Origin: Octopus sinensis
Taxonomy: Eukaryota
Length of the DNA: 25,387 nucleotides
Direction of reading: 5' to 3'
Assembly: GCF_006345805.1 (NCBI RefSeq)
Contig: NW_021836184.1
Span: forward strand, 1-25,387
Made by a program: the position numbers and the translations under genes. The notes beneath the pieces are model-generated. The model was not told where the DNA came from. It was given only the letters and a program-made list of their open reading frames with translations, and searched no databases. How positions within the stretch are numbered: the first letter of the stretch is position 1; each line of letters begins with the position of its first letter. Positions 1 through 11,735 of this stretch are shown here, one piece after another.

Positions 1-276
1 GCCAATGAGGTTCTATTTCATAGTTACCATTTATCATGTTGATGTGTTTTCTTATCAGTATATTAAATATTATCTATGTCTTTCAGTTTGCATTATCCGT
101 TTGTTTCGCTAATTTATATGTATATGCTTAACACGTAACAAATATATTTTGAGTACTCTCACTCAGACACAGACACATATTAAGACGCATAGATATATCT
201 AAGTTTCGTGACTTGGTGATATATACATATTAATTTTAATATATTTATGGTTAGGACTGTTTTGGTAATTTAGACA

Positions 277-523
277 TTATATATATATACATACATATAC
301 ATACACACATACATACAAACAAATATGTATGTATACACATATGTGTATGTATGTATGCATGTATGTATGTACATACGTACTATATCTTTAGATCACTTGC
401 CAGCAGATACATACACACATACACACACAAATGTATATGCACACACAATATATACGTATACGTAAGGATATACTTACATGAATACATACTTATTCATAAA
501 ACTGTAACCTTTATTTCTATCTC

Positions 524-604
<81 letters not shown>

Positions 605-743
605 ACACATACACACGTATATGTGCATGTGTGTACGTGTATATATATATATATTATATAGTATATACACGTACACACATACACACACACATATATATGT
701 GTGTATGTGTGCATATATATGTATATTATATATATATACATAC

Positions 744-789
<46 letters not shown>

Positions 790-811
790 TTATATATATA
801 TATATATATAT
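277..811. repeat. Compound microsatellite: (TA)n/(CATA)n/(CTAT)n
   Basis: Seen directly: (CTAT)n at ~525-604, TA and CATA runs at 277-500 and 640-811. Explains the ORFs 351-824, 593-901 and 631-819. Confidence 0.97.
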
Positions 812-2100
812 TGGGATAGAATGAGTAAATTCCAAGTTTCGTATGTATTTTAAGCTAGCGGATGCTCTGATGTAATAATTACTCAACGGTGTCGGGAGCA
901 CTGTGTTGAGGTGTTCATCCGGCCGAGAATACCTTAATTACATGAAAGTTATATTGTCGCTTGGGATTCCCATATTAACTCACCGTTGCTGTAAGTAACA
1001 TTCACACGTAACTGTATTCATCTCTCGTTGTTGGTGTTTAAATAAACTGTGTGGGTATTTGAAGACTTTGCTGAAAGTCTCTGTGTTTCCAAACGAATAA
1101 TTTCCTTTGTAAGCACCAGGATTTTGAAATTACTGAATGAAATGAATTGTAACCTCCCAGAAATCCACAAAGCGTAAGTAGTATTTGGAAATTGGTTTCG
1201 TATAATTGAGAGTATATCAGATATATTCCGTGCTTGAGTGCGAAGACTGTTCATGTTTCGAGGACTGGATATGACCTAAAAGTGCTTACGTTTTGGAATG
1301 AATGATTTGTTGCCAATGGCGGGATTTGAATTCGTTGGAGGTTAATCCGATATAGTTACTTTCAGGGGAGTGTGTCGTTACTCTTGTGGTGGTAGTTTGG
1401 CTGGAGTTAGCCTCCTGCTTTCCGGTTGATCTTCAAAAGCTTCCCAGAGAATATGGAGCGTTTAGGATACCCCAGTTGTGAAAATGGAGCGATATTTTGT
1501 ATGAATGGGAAGAGTTTCCTTGTAACTAATTCTAAGAAAGATTTCGTTACTTTTTTTTATCTACTTATAGGGTGAAAGGGAAAGTATGCCACATAGTTTC
1601 TCTTGTTCTGATTTTAGGTCAGGAGTTGTATCGGTTGCTATGTAGAGAGTATTTTGACTTTCTAATCGCTGTTTTAAGGTATCACTGCTTATGTGGGTGC
1701 TTCTATTTATAGGAGTTTTATTGTATGAGAGCCTGGGTAAGAGAAGCGAAACATATTTGCGTAAATTTTCAATGGTCGCAGGTTTATGGTTCGACTAGGT
1801 ATGTATTCATTGTAGGTATTTCTTTGTTTTCTTTTCATATAAGTCAAAAATTGGGAGAATATAAGGTTCAAAGTGACGAGTAAAGGTTAAATTTAAATGG
1901 TGAGTTGAAGGTGAAATATATGTGGAATCGGTTGACTGTGCAAGGATGTGAATTTCTTTTTCTAAACACGTCTTTGGAACCTGGGTATTTGAGAATTAGG
2001 AAACCGTCTTCTCGCTAATGAGATACCTTAATGAATAAAAATCTAGCGCATATTTAGATAAGAATAGCTCGGGCAGGTCACTAACACCGGTTGGGCGTGG
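812..2100 (-). mobile_element. Decayed Penelope-like element (C-terminal half of RT + GIY-YIG endonuclease), many stops and frameshifts
   Basis: Minus-strand translation by eye gives PLE motifs in the correct order: *REDGFLILK (YRDDG-like catalytic motif, ~1990-2015), LVTLNL (~1860), IHT*SNHKPATIENL (~1762-1805), KSFLELV/LPIHTKYRSIF (~1480-1545), YIGLTSNEFKSR (GIY-YIG second motif, ~1320-1354), EYI*(W) and CLQRKLF (~1100-1220). The 3' end abuts (TA)n at 811. The 5' boundary is uncertain and may extend to ~2350-2620. Confidence 0.8.
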
Positions 2101-2825
2101 ACATTTTTGTCAGCCAAATACTGTTACCTATATACCTATATACGTGTGTGATGTATAAAATTGCAAGTAGTAAATATAACGAATCCTACATCGGAAGTAC
2201 CATCAATATATGTACGGGGTTGGAACAACTCTGTGTTAATGCTTCTTCCGTCAAAATATATCACCCGAAATTCCATACCTAAAACAACCAGGTTTGCACC
2301 ATTGTGTCATTCGTAACATCCGCTCACACATTAACAACAGAACTGAGCTGTACGCAGCTGATTTGGCTACTACAGCAATGCAAAGCAACCCTTCATATAC
2401 ATACACTACAGAATATTACAAGGCTACTCCCAAGATTTCTTGAAGAAGAAACCCTATAACGAAAATTTTGAAATATAAAATAAAAGAATAAATTATCGAC
2501 TTGCATGATTTTTCATAACTCGCATTTTTTGATTTTTAAAAAATTGAAAAAAAACATATATCAGTGCAATTTTAACTCACCAATCTTTGGAGGTTCAGAA
2601 TTTGTCTAACAGTGTAAAAGATTATATTGAATGATTCCCTGCGGTTAGGGTTTGGCCTGAATTTTAAAAGCTAGAAGTTTTACCTTTGCTCTCATGTCCG
2701 GAAATACATCTTAGCCATCTGGTCTATTCCATCCTAACACTAAATGTTGGCAGTTCCCTAATTACTGATCGTCTCACTATAAGTAATTCTTTTATGCTCT
2801 CGTTTCTCAACACTGACACACATCC

Positions 2826-2842
2826 ATATATATATATATATC

Positions 2843-2891
<49 letters not shown>

Positions 2892-2900
2892 TATATATGC
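2826..2900. repeat. (TA)n microsatellite
   Basis: Seen directly. Confidence 0.97.
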
Positions 2901-3320
2901 ATATACGTATGATTTGCAAAACACTCCTTTCCCATCTCTTATATTTCTCACTCTCAATCCCACCCTTACCTCTTATTCCTTTCACGGTTATACCGAATAT
3001 GAGACATTTACCCCTTGTCTATTGAAGTGCCGAGAAATGGCTTAAAACAGATAAATATAATGTGTTTAAGAGCAGCCTTGTGTATTTTGACTGTACTTGT
3101 CTCAGTCCATAAGTTTCATTTCGTTCTTACTCATCAATATCTCTGCGTCCCATATACGAGCCGTGATGATTTCAAACTTCCATTAAAGAGGCCAGTCTAT
3201 AATCGTATATACAGTCGAGTCTGATGATTGTTAATTTGCTGTTCCATGCATTTGAAAGTTATCTAACATGAAACCGTTCGTTAAACGGAAATGGGTTAAA
3301 TGAAACAATTATTAATACTG

Positions 3321-3890
<570 letters not shown>

Positions 3891-4389
3891 TTTGCATTCA
3901 TGCATATACTTATATGAAATATTATATGTATCGTTGGTTTGTGTTTGTGTTTGATTTAGTCTAAGCATTGATAATTTGTTTATTGTCATGCGTATATATG
4001 TGCGTATATCTATGTGCATTCTTCGTGTGTATGTGTGTAATCACACGCGCGTTTGTATATGTATGGTTGTTTTGTCATGCGTATTCGTTGTGAGTATATT
4101 TCGGTGTGTTTACGCTTGCATGCATGTAAGTATATATTCGTGTGATGTATGCGTTTATCCGTTGTTGCTCTATGTGTACTTATGGCTGGCAGTGTGTGTT
4201 TGTGTGTATAGTGTTCATATGATTGTTGCACGGGTTAGCATATATTTTACACAAACACCGAGCAAATATAGGGATCATCGCTGTTGACCTTCTCTTGTCA
4301 CAAGGCTGAGCTGGAGAGAGTGTTTCAACGTATCGGTAAATCAAGAAATGAATCTGGATTAGATATCGGCTTCTGTACAATGAATGTGT

Positions 4390-5280
4390 TATAGAGATAG
4401 AGAGGGTGGATAGAGTATGCGAAACAAGAGATAGAGAGAGAGAGAGAGGGGGAGGACGAGGGAGAGACAGAGACAGACACAGAGAGGGAAGGTGTAAGAT
4501 GAGGGTGGGAGAAACATAGATAATTGTAGAGAGAGTGGAAACGATAGGGAGAGCGTATAGTGGGGGGGGGGGAAACGGTGGAAATAAAATAGAGGGGCGA
4601 TAATGGAAGGATGGAAGGCGATTGTGTTTCGAGAGAAATACAGGCGAAAGCGTGTGTGTTGAGAGAGAGAGACAGAAAGAGATAGAGAGAAAGCGATAGT
4701 GAGAGGAGAGAGAAAGAGAAATATATATATAGATAGATAGATACATAGATAGATAGATAGATAGAGAAAGAGAGAGGGAGAGCGGAAGAGATAGAGAGAC
4801 AGAGACAGAGCAGGTGGGAAAGATATAGACATAGTGATAGAGAGACGGAGAGAGGATAGAATTAAAGCCAGTATATGGAGATAGAAAGCAGAGGATGGAG
4901 TGAATGAGTTGTAGAGATAGATTGGAAACAGACGTGCGGAGAGTATGAAAGGAAGGACATAGAAAGAAAAACTGATAGAGATAGTGAAGGAACTGATGGA
5001 TAGAAATGGGCGTCGGTGATGGTGGTGATAGAGAGAAAATAAGAAAAAGCAAGGAGGACAAAGCATGTATTAGGGTGATATAGAAAGAAAAGAGCGGGAA
5101 AAAGCGAAAGTAAGAGAAAGGTAGGAAGAGTCAAATAGAGACAGGAACGGTTGAGCGAAGCTGGTGGAGGTAGCTTTAGTGGTAGATAGATGGTGAAGGG
5201 AGAGGCGGATGGAAAGGGGAGAGAATTATGAATGACGAGTAAATAAAGTCTGAAGAGTGATGGCAGTCAGGAAGTTCGGT
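4390..5280 (+). repeat. Purine-rich (GA/GATA) low-complexity tract
   Basis: About 900 bp strongly A/G-biased on +, with (GATA)n at ~4730-4765 and G11 at 4562-4572. The minus-strand S/L/F-rich ORFs are compositional. Confidence 0.9.
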
Positions 5281-5435
5281 AGCCAAGAGAAGAAACCTTT
5301 TGACCCGTTAAGAAATACTTAAATTGTTATTGAAGCAAAAATCAACAACAAACGACAACAAGCACAGGAACTTGAGATGTTTGAAAGGTTTTTCTCTCCA
5401 GGAATATTGTGAAGATAACTTACGTGTGTTATTAT

Positions 5436-5997
5436 GTGTGTGTGTGTATGTATGTATGCACGTATGTATGTATGTATGTATGTATGTATGTATGTATGTA
5501 TGTATGTATGTATGTATGTATGTACGTATATATGTATGTACGTATGTATGTATGTATGTATGTATGTTTGTATGTATGTATGTACGTATGTATGTACGTA
5601 CGTATGTATGTATGTATGTACGTACGTACGTATGTATGTATGTATGTATGTATGTATGTATGTATGTATGTATGTATGTATCTATGTACACATGTATGCA
5701 TGTATGTATGTATGTATGTATGTATTCCGTACGTACGTATGTATGCGTTATATGTATATACGTATATATGTACGTATACATATATGTCGATGTATGCATA
5801 TATTCATGTATATGTATTTACATATTTGCAACACGTATATGAATATGTGTGTCCATACATATACATTATATATATATATATATATATATACACGTGTGTG
5901 TGTGCGTGTCTGTGTGTGTACATATCTATATATGTTTATACGTATTACGTACGTATGTATCTTACGTATTATGTATGTATGTCTCTCTCTCTTTCTA

Positions 5998-6046
<49 letters not shown>

Positions 6047-6169
6047 CCATACAAATGTACATATATATATATATATGCAAACATGTATTCACACATATAT
6101 ACATGCATACATACATACATACATACATACATACATACATACATACATACATACATACATACATGCATC

Positions 6170-6203
<34 letters not shown>

Positions 6204-6267
6204 TATATGTAGTCAGTCATCTCCACCACCTCACACATACACACGCACACACACACACAGACACACA

Positions 6268-6338
<71 letters not shown>

Positions 6339-6345
6339 ACGTACA
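5436..6345. repeat. Compound microsatellite (TATG)n - (TA)n - (CATA)n - (CA)n
   Basis: Seen directly. Produces the MYVC/HTYI ORFs. Confidence 0.97.
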
Positions 6346-6487
6346 CGCAAACGCGGAGCGTTGATATCCGTTTAGCTGACTTTGGCTTTTGTTATTCTGT
6401 TTTGATTAAGAAGGCTCTCAGAATGTAAATCAAACATTTGGGTCACCTATCCTTATTATCCGACCAGCAGCTATAATAAGAACAATA

Positions 6488-6710
6488 ATTCTTTCTAATT
6501 TTGGCACATGGACATTGATTTTAAGGGGAGGGGGCTAGTCTATCTCATCGACCTCAGTACTTGACTGGTACTTTATTTTATAGGTCCCGAGAGGATGAAA
6601 GGTAAAGTTGACCTCACTAGTCTATATAAACTTAGAACATAAAGAGCCGGAACAAAAGCTACTAAGCAACTTGCCCCGAACCACTAACGATGCTGCCTGC
6701 TCGCTGCCTT
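6488..6710 (-). mobile_element. tRNA-derived SINE, family 1 (diverged full-length copy)
   Basis: The reverse complement aligns with the + copies at 12469-12688 and 23816-24033: head aaggcagcgagcaggcagcatcgttag, central ctttcatcctctcggg...ataaagtaccagtcaagtactgaggtcgatg, tail ccatgtgccaaaattagaaag. Confidence 0.85.
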
Positions 6711-6713
<3 letters not shown>

Positions 6714-6763
<50 letters not shown>

Positions 6764-6834
6764 TGATAATGATAATGATAATAATAATAATGATGATGAT
6801 GATAATGATAATAATAATAATGATGATGATAATG

Positions 6835-6898
<64 letters not shown>

Positions 6899-6966
6899 TA
6901 ATAATGTAATAATAATGATAATAATAATAATGATAATAATGATAATAATAATAATGATGATGATGA

Positions 6967-7008
<42 letters not shown>

Positions 7009-7063
7009 TAATGTTAGTTAGTTAGTTAGTTATGATGATGATAATAAAAATGATGATGATAAA

Positions 7064-7116
<53 letters not shown>

Positions 7117-7179
7117 TAATGTTAATAATAATAATAATAATAATGATGATGATGATGATAATAATAATAATGATAATCA

Positions 7180-7211
<32 letters not shown>

Positions 7212-7230
7212 TGATGATGATGATGATGAT

Positions 7231-7267
<37 letters not shown>

Positions 7268-7286
7268 ATGAAGATGGATGATGATA

Positions 7287-7336
<50 letters not shown>

Positions 7337-7351
7337 TAATAATAATAATAA
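6714..7351 (+). repeat. (AAT)n microsatellite with (GAT)n patches
   Basis: Seen directly, ~640 bp. Confidence 0.98.
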
Positions 7352-7684
7352 AAAATGTGGCATCTCAAGGCAACTACAGTACCAGTGATTGTGGGATCTC
7401 TAGGAATGATAAAAAAAGGTACTGAAACCTATTTGCAAATGATACCAGGCTTACCATCCCTAAAAGAAATGCAAAAATCGTATTTACTGGGACGGCTCAA
7501 GTACTGAGAAGAGCATTATCGCTGTGAAAAAACATCCATTCATGAATTTATTCATTAATCTTTTAAATACATATTTCACCTGTGAATTTGCGTGTGTAAT
7601 CTGGGAATGCATACAATGAGCTTCTCTGCCCTAGGTGTACGGAAAACATTCTGGGAGAAACGGAAGAGAATTTGACGAAAGAAG

Positions 7685-7685
<1 letters not shown>
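7352..7685 (+). mobile_element. 3' end of REL-encoding non-LTR retrotransposon, lineage A (R4/Dong-like)
   Basis: Translates KMWHLKATTVPVIVGSLGMIKKGTETYLQMIPGLPSLKEMQK/IVFTGTAQVLRRALSL* (stop 7525-7527; one frameshift in an A-run). This is homologous to the C-termini of the two elements downstream. A ~160-bp 3'UTR follows, then an (AAT)n tail. Confidence 0.85.

Positions 7686-7767
<82 letters not shown>
7686..7767 (+). repeat. (AAT)n tract (tail of element A / target array)
   Basis: Seen directly. Confidence 0.97.
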
Positions 7768-7770
<3 letters not shown>

Positions 7771-7771
7771 C

Positions 7772-8148
7772 AAATGCTCTGATGCAGTACCAGACAATGG
7801 ATCCCATGGTTTCTGATCTGCACTAACTGGAAGTGTTATCGTGTACATTGTTTTGTCTTGGTATAAAAGATGGGCTACAGCAAATGTTCTGCTCAATATC
7901 ACAGATTTGCTTGTCAGTTGTTTGACCATAATCAGCTGAGCATTCCCTTGGTGGCTGACAATATGTGCATCTGTGATCACTAGCAGAAGTAGTGGGGGAG
8001 CATCATAACAATGTGATGAGAGAAATTCTTTGTGGTTTGAATAATTCTGGAAACATGGGTGCTTCGTTCAGCATCCTTAAACAACCCTTATCAGAGACCT
8101 TTTGAGCGGGATGGGCTACTTAGTGTGCAGAAAAATCTAACTGGGCCC
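7772..8148. mobile_element. Non-coding interspersed repeat fragment adjoining (AAT)n (probable abundant cephalopod non-autonomous repeat), truncated
   Basis: High-complexity sequence that begins right after (AAT)n and shows no REL/RT similarity in any frame. I recall it as an abundant octopus repeat normally bounded by (AAT)n; this is unverified. Confidence 0.5.
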
Positions 8149-8832
8149 TACATAAAATACAGAATAAACAACACAGCAGAAAGTGATAAGTGCAGAATCT
8201 GTGGACAAAACGGTGAAACCGTATGGCATATTACCAGCCAATGTACACAACTAGCCCAGAAGGAATATAACAGGCAATATAGCTAGGCTTGTCCATTGGA
8301 CACTCTGCAACATGTATGGACTTGACAGAACAAAAAAGTGGTACGACCACAAATCTGAAGGCATCGTCGAAAATAGAAATGCAAAAATCTTATGGGATTT
8401 TATGATTCAGTGCGACCATGAGATAGAGAATAAGAAGCCGGACATTGTCTTAATTGAGAAAGAAAGCAAACTATGCTGGATCATAGATATAGCATGCCTA
8501 GCTGACAACAAGATATGCGATATGGAAGAAAGAAAAGTCGATAGATATAACAGATTAGCTTACGGAGTTAAGCAGTTGTGGTCGATGAAAAAGGTAGCAG
8601 TAGTACCAATAATTGTCGGAGCCCTGGGAACAGTGAGCAAAAATTTTGAGAAGTACGTGAAATAAATAGGGGCTGCAATAAAAGTGGAGCACTTGCAGAA
8701 AACAGCGCTGCTTGGAACCGCTCGAATACTCAGGATGATGCTCGAAAAATAAAGGGTGTTACCTTAGTGCACTGGTAGTGAACAGCTGACACCGTAGTAC
8801 ATCTCAAGCGTTAGAAGCTGTGCAAAGGCAGC
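8149..8832 (+). mobile_element. 3' part of REL-encoding non-LTR retrotransposon, lineage B (R4/Dong-like), decayed
   Basis: CCHC knuckle CRICGQNGETVWHITSQC; REL motif KPDIVLIEKESKLCWIIDIAC...EERKVDRY; C-terminus VPIIVGALG...LQKTALLGTARILRMMLEK* (stop 8750-8752). Has a small deletion near 8275 and an internal TAA at 8663-8665. An 80-bp 3'UTR follows, then (AAT)n from 8833. Confidence 0.92.
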
Positions 8833-8890
8833 AATAATAATAATAATTATAATAATAATAATATAATAATAATCATATAATAATAATAAC
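8833..8890 (+). repeat. Degenerate (AAT)n tract
   Basis: Seen directly. Confidence 0.95.
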
Positions 8891-11021
8891 ACTATGTTCA
8901 AGGCATTTACTGCAGTGATATCACAAAGCGGAACACGCACCTGGACGAAAACAAACTGTTCCCAGAAGAGCAGAAAGGATGCCGCAAAGGCTCATATGGC
9001 TGTAAGATCAACTAATGATTAATAAAGCCATAACTGAAACAGCCACAGAAAGAAGAAAGGCCTCAGTATGGCCTGGATTGACTACAAAAAGGCGTTTGAT
9101 AGCATCCCCCACACATGGATCCTCGAACACTAGCCATTAACAAAGTAGCACCAACAATCATAAAATTCATAGAGCACTCTATGAATAAATGGCAAACAGT
9201 CCTACACCTCCAAACAAAAGAGGGACTCATGAAAACCAAAGACATCCCCATTAGAAGAGGAATATTCCAGGGAGACACGCTCTCTCCACTCCTTTTCTGC
9301 TTGGCACTGTCACCTCTATCTGATATGCTAAATAGAACTGGATGCGGATATAAATGTTACGGCAAAACGATCAGCCACCTTTTATATATGGATGACCTAA
9401 AACTATACGCTGCAAATGACAAACAGCTGGAAACACTATTAAAGACAGTTCATGGATTTACCAAAGAATAGATATGAAATTTGGATTAGAAAAATGCGCC
9501 AAAGTAACCATGAAAGAGGAAAACTAGTTAAGAGTAACAACATCACACTAGATAAAACCAATGAAATAAAAAATAATTAGACCAAAGCCAAACTTACAAA
9601 TACTTAGGAATCCATGAACTAGATAAGACACACACACACAAATGAAAGAGAAAATAAAAAAAGAATATTATAGACGAGTCAGATCAATACTAAACACAGA
9701 GCTCAATGCTAAAAAAAGATAATAGGTATCAACACTTAGCTGTCCCAGTTATAAGTTACAGCTACAATATCCTTAACTGGACACAAATGAACTGACCAAA
9801 ATAGATAGGAAAACAAGAAAAATAATGACAGGATCTAGGATGCATCACCCAAAATCTGACATAGAAAGACTATATATACAACGTATAGAAGGTGGTAGAG
9901 GCCTTATACAGCTGGAAAACTACTATAAAATAACCACCATAGGACTGCAAAAATCTACTTCAGAAGGAAGGAAAACTGATCCAGATAGCGGCAAAACACG
10001 AGCAAAACAAAAAACTGTTCTCAGTATTTAAGGAAGCTGACAATACAAACAAGAAATCATACCACCTAATAAACTGAAAGAAGAAGAGAAGATGATGAAA
10101 CAACAAAAGCTATAAAACAAATGAAATCCAAACTAAAAATAGAACAGCAACGAACCATGATAAAACGATGGCAAAAAAGCCCCTTCATGGTAAATACTGA
10201 CTAAACTAACGCAAAGAAATAGACAAAGAAAAATCCCAGCAATGGTTGAGAAGCTCAGGACTCAAGCAGAAACAGAGGGATTTTTAATTGCAGCACAAGA
10301 CCAAAGCCTCCCCACCAGAAATTACCAAAAACATGTAATGAAAAGAAATATTACAAGTAACTGCAGAATATGTGGAGATGGACAAGAAACAATAAATCAT
10401 ATTATCTCTAGCTGCCCAGTCCTGGCTAAGAAGGAATATATTCACAGACATGACAGAGTTGGAACCTACATACATTGGAAGCTATGCCAACATTATGGAA
10501 TAACAAAAGAAAAAAGATGGTATAGGCACACACCAGAAAAGGTCACAGAAAACGAGAAAGCAACCATACTCTGGGATATGCCGATACACACAGATAGAGA
10601 ATTAAGGCCAACAGACCAGATATAGTTGTCAGAGATCATGAAGAAAAAAAATGCTTTCTAATTGATGTATCAATACCGGCTGATGACAACGTGTCTCTAA
10701 AAGAAATGGAGAAACTCTCAAAATACAAAGACCTGGAAATAGAGGTAACTAGAATGTGGAATCTGAAAACAGAAACAATTCCTATCATAGTAGGTGCATT
10801 AGGCATGATAAAAAATATTCAGACAAATACATAACAAAAACATCAGGACTTACAAACACATATAACATACAGAAAATTGCACTACTAGGCACTGCACACA
10901 TCCTACGCAGAACACTTTCCATACAATAACCATCAGAGCATCACAACAAATCACAGCACATACCCAGGCACACAGAGCTGTGCTCGGTAGTGAAGTGAAA
11001 GCACGCTATAAAATAAAACTA

Positions 11022-11024
<3 letters not shown>
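8889..11024 (+). mobile_element. 5'-truncated REL-encoding non-LTR retrotransposon, lineage C (RT + CCHC + REL; R4/Dong-like)
   Basis: RT motifs EEQKGCRKGSYGC, LSMAWIDYKKAFDSIPH, RRGIFQGDTLSPLLF and HLLYMDDLKLY; CCHC CRICGDGQETINHIISSC; REL RPDIVVRDHEEKKCFLIDVSIP...KEMEKLSKYKDL; stop at 10927-10929. A 95-bp 3'UTR follows, then (AAT)n from 11025. The frame is broken by many 1-nt deletions. Confidence 0.95.
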
Positions 11025-11052
<28 letters not shown>

Positions 11053-11137
11053 TAATAATATAATAATAATATAATATAATAATAATAATAATAAAATAAT
11101 GATGATGAATGATGATGATGATGATGATATGAGATGA

Positions 11138-11199
<62 letters not shown>
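11025..11199 (+). repeat. (AAT)n/(GAT)n tract
   Basis: Seen directly. Confidence 0.97.
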
Positions 11200-11413
11200 C
11201 CTTTCTTCTATTGGTACAAGGCCTGAAATATTGGGGAAGGGGACCAGTCGATTACATTGAGCCCAGTGCTCAATTGGTACTTATTTGATCAACCTCGAAA
11301 GGATGAAAGGCAAAGTCAATCCCGACGGAATTTGAACTCAGAACATAAAAACGGGCAAAATACCGCTTAGCATTTTACCCCGGTATGCTAACGATTCTGC
11401 CAGCTCGCCGTCT
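11198..11413 (-). mobile_element. tRNA-derived SINE, family 1 (tail type ttcaggccttgt...gaaagg-(TTA)n)
   Basis: The reverse complement gives agacggcgagctggcagaatcgttagc (A-box-like), gagttcaaattcc (B-box-like) and ctttgcctttcatcctttcgagg. Its tail runs into the microsatellite. Confidence 0.9.
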
Positions 11414-11419
11414 AATATT

Positions 11420-11636
11420 CCTATCTGCTATAGGCTGCAATGCCTGAAGTTTTGTGGAAGACGACTAGTCGATTACATCGTCCTCTAGTGCTCAACTGGT
11501 ATATATTACATCCTTTCCGAATGGATGGATAGCAAAATTCGATCGCAATGGAATTTGAATCCAAAATATAAAGACGGAAAAAATTCCGTTAAGCATTTGT
11601 CCGGCATGTTAACGATTCTACCAATCATCGCCATTT
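11420..11636 (-). mobile_element. tRNA-derived SINE, family 1 (diverged)
   Basis: Same head, centre and tail as the adjacent copy, in head-to-tail tandem. Confidence 0.8.
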
Positions 11637-11735
11637 TTCTATTATAGGCATTAGGCCTGAAATTCGTTGGGAGGAAGCAGTTCAATTACATCGACCCCGG
11701 TGCTTGAATGGGACATATTTTATCGATAAATCAAA
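11637..11735 (-). mobile_element. Family 1 SINE, 3' fragment
   Basis: taggcctgaaatt...ttacatcgaccccggtgcttgaatgggacatattttatcga matches the 3' half of the family. Confidence 0.7.

Noticed and set aside
830-930. Hammerhead-like words at the PLE 3' end (ccggatga...cgaaac on minus; ctgatgt on plus)
   Set aside because: The core is non-canonical, ~75 nt separate the two halves and no stem I/III pairing was found.
3215-3265. CTGATGA...GAAA on +
   Set aside because: No stem II closure and no stem I partner.
4180-5134. 293/225/90-aa S/L/F-rich minus ORFs that look transmembrane
   Set aside because: Compositional consequence of the pyrimidine-rich strand of the purine tract.
6690-7368. Poly-N/D/I/Y/L ORFs
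   Set aside because: (AAT)n/(GAT)n translations.
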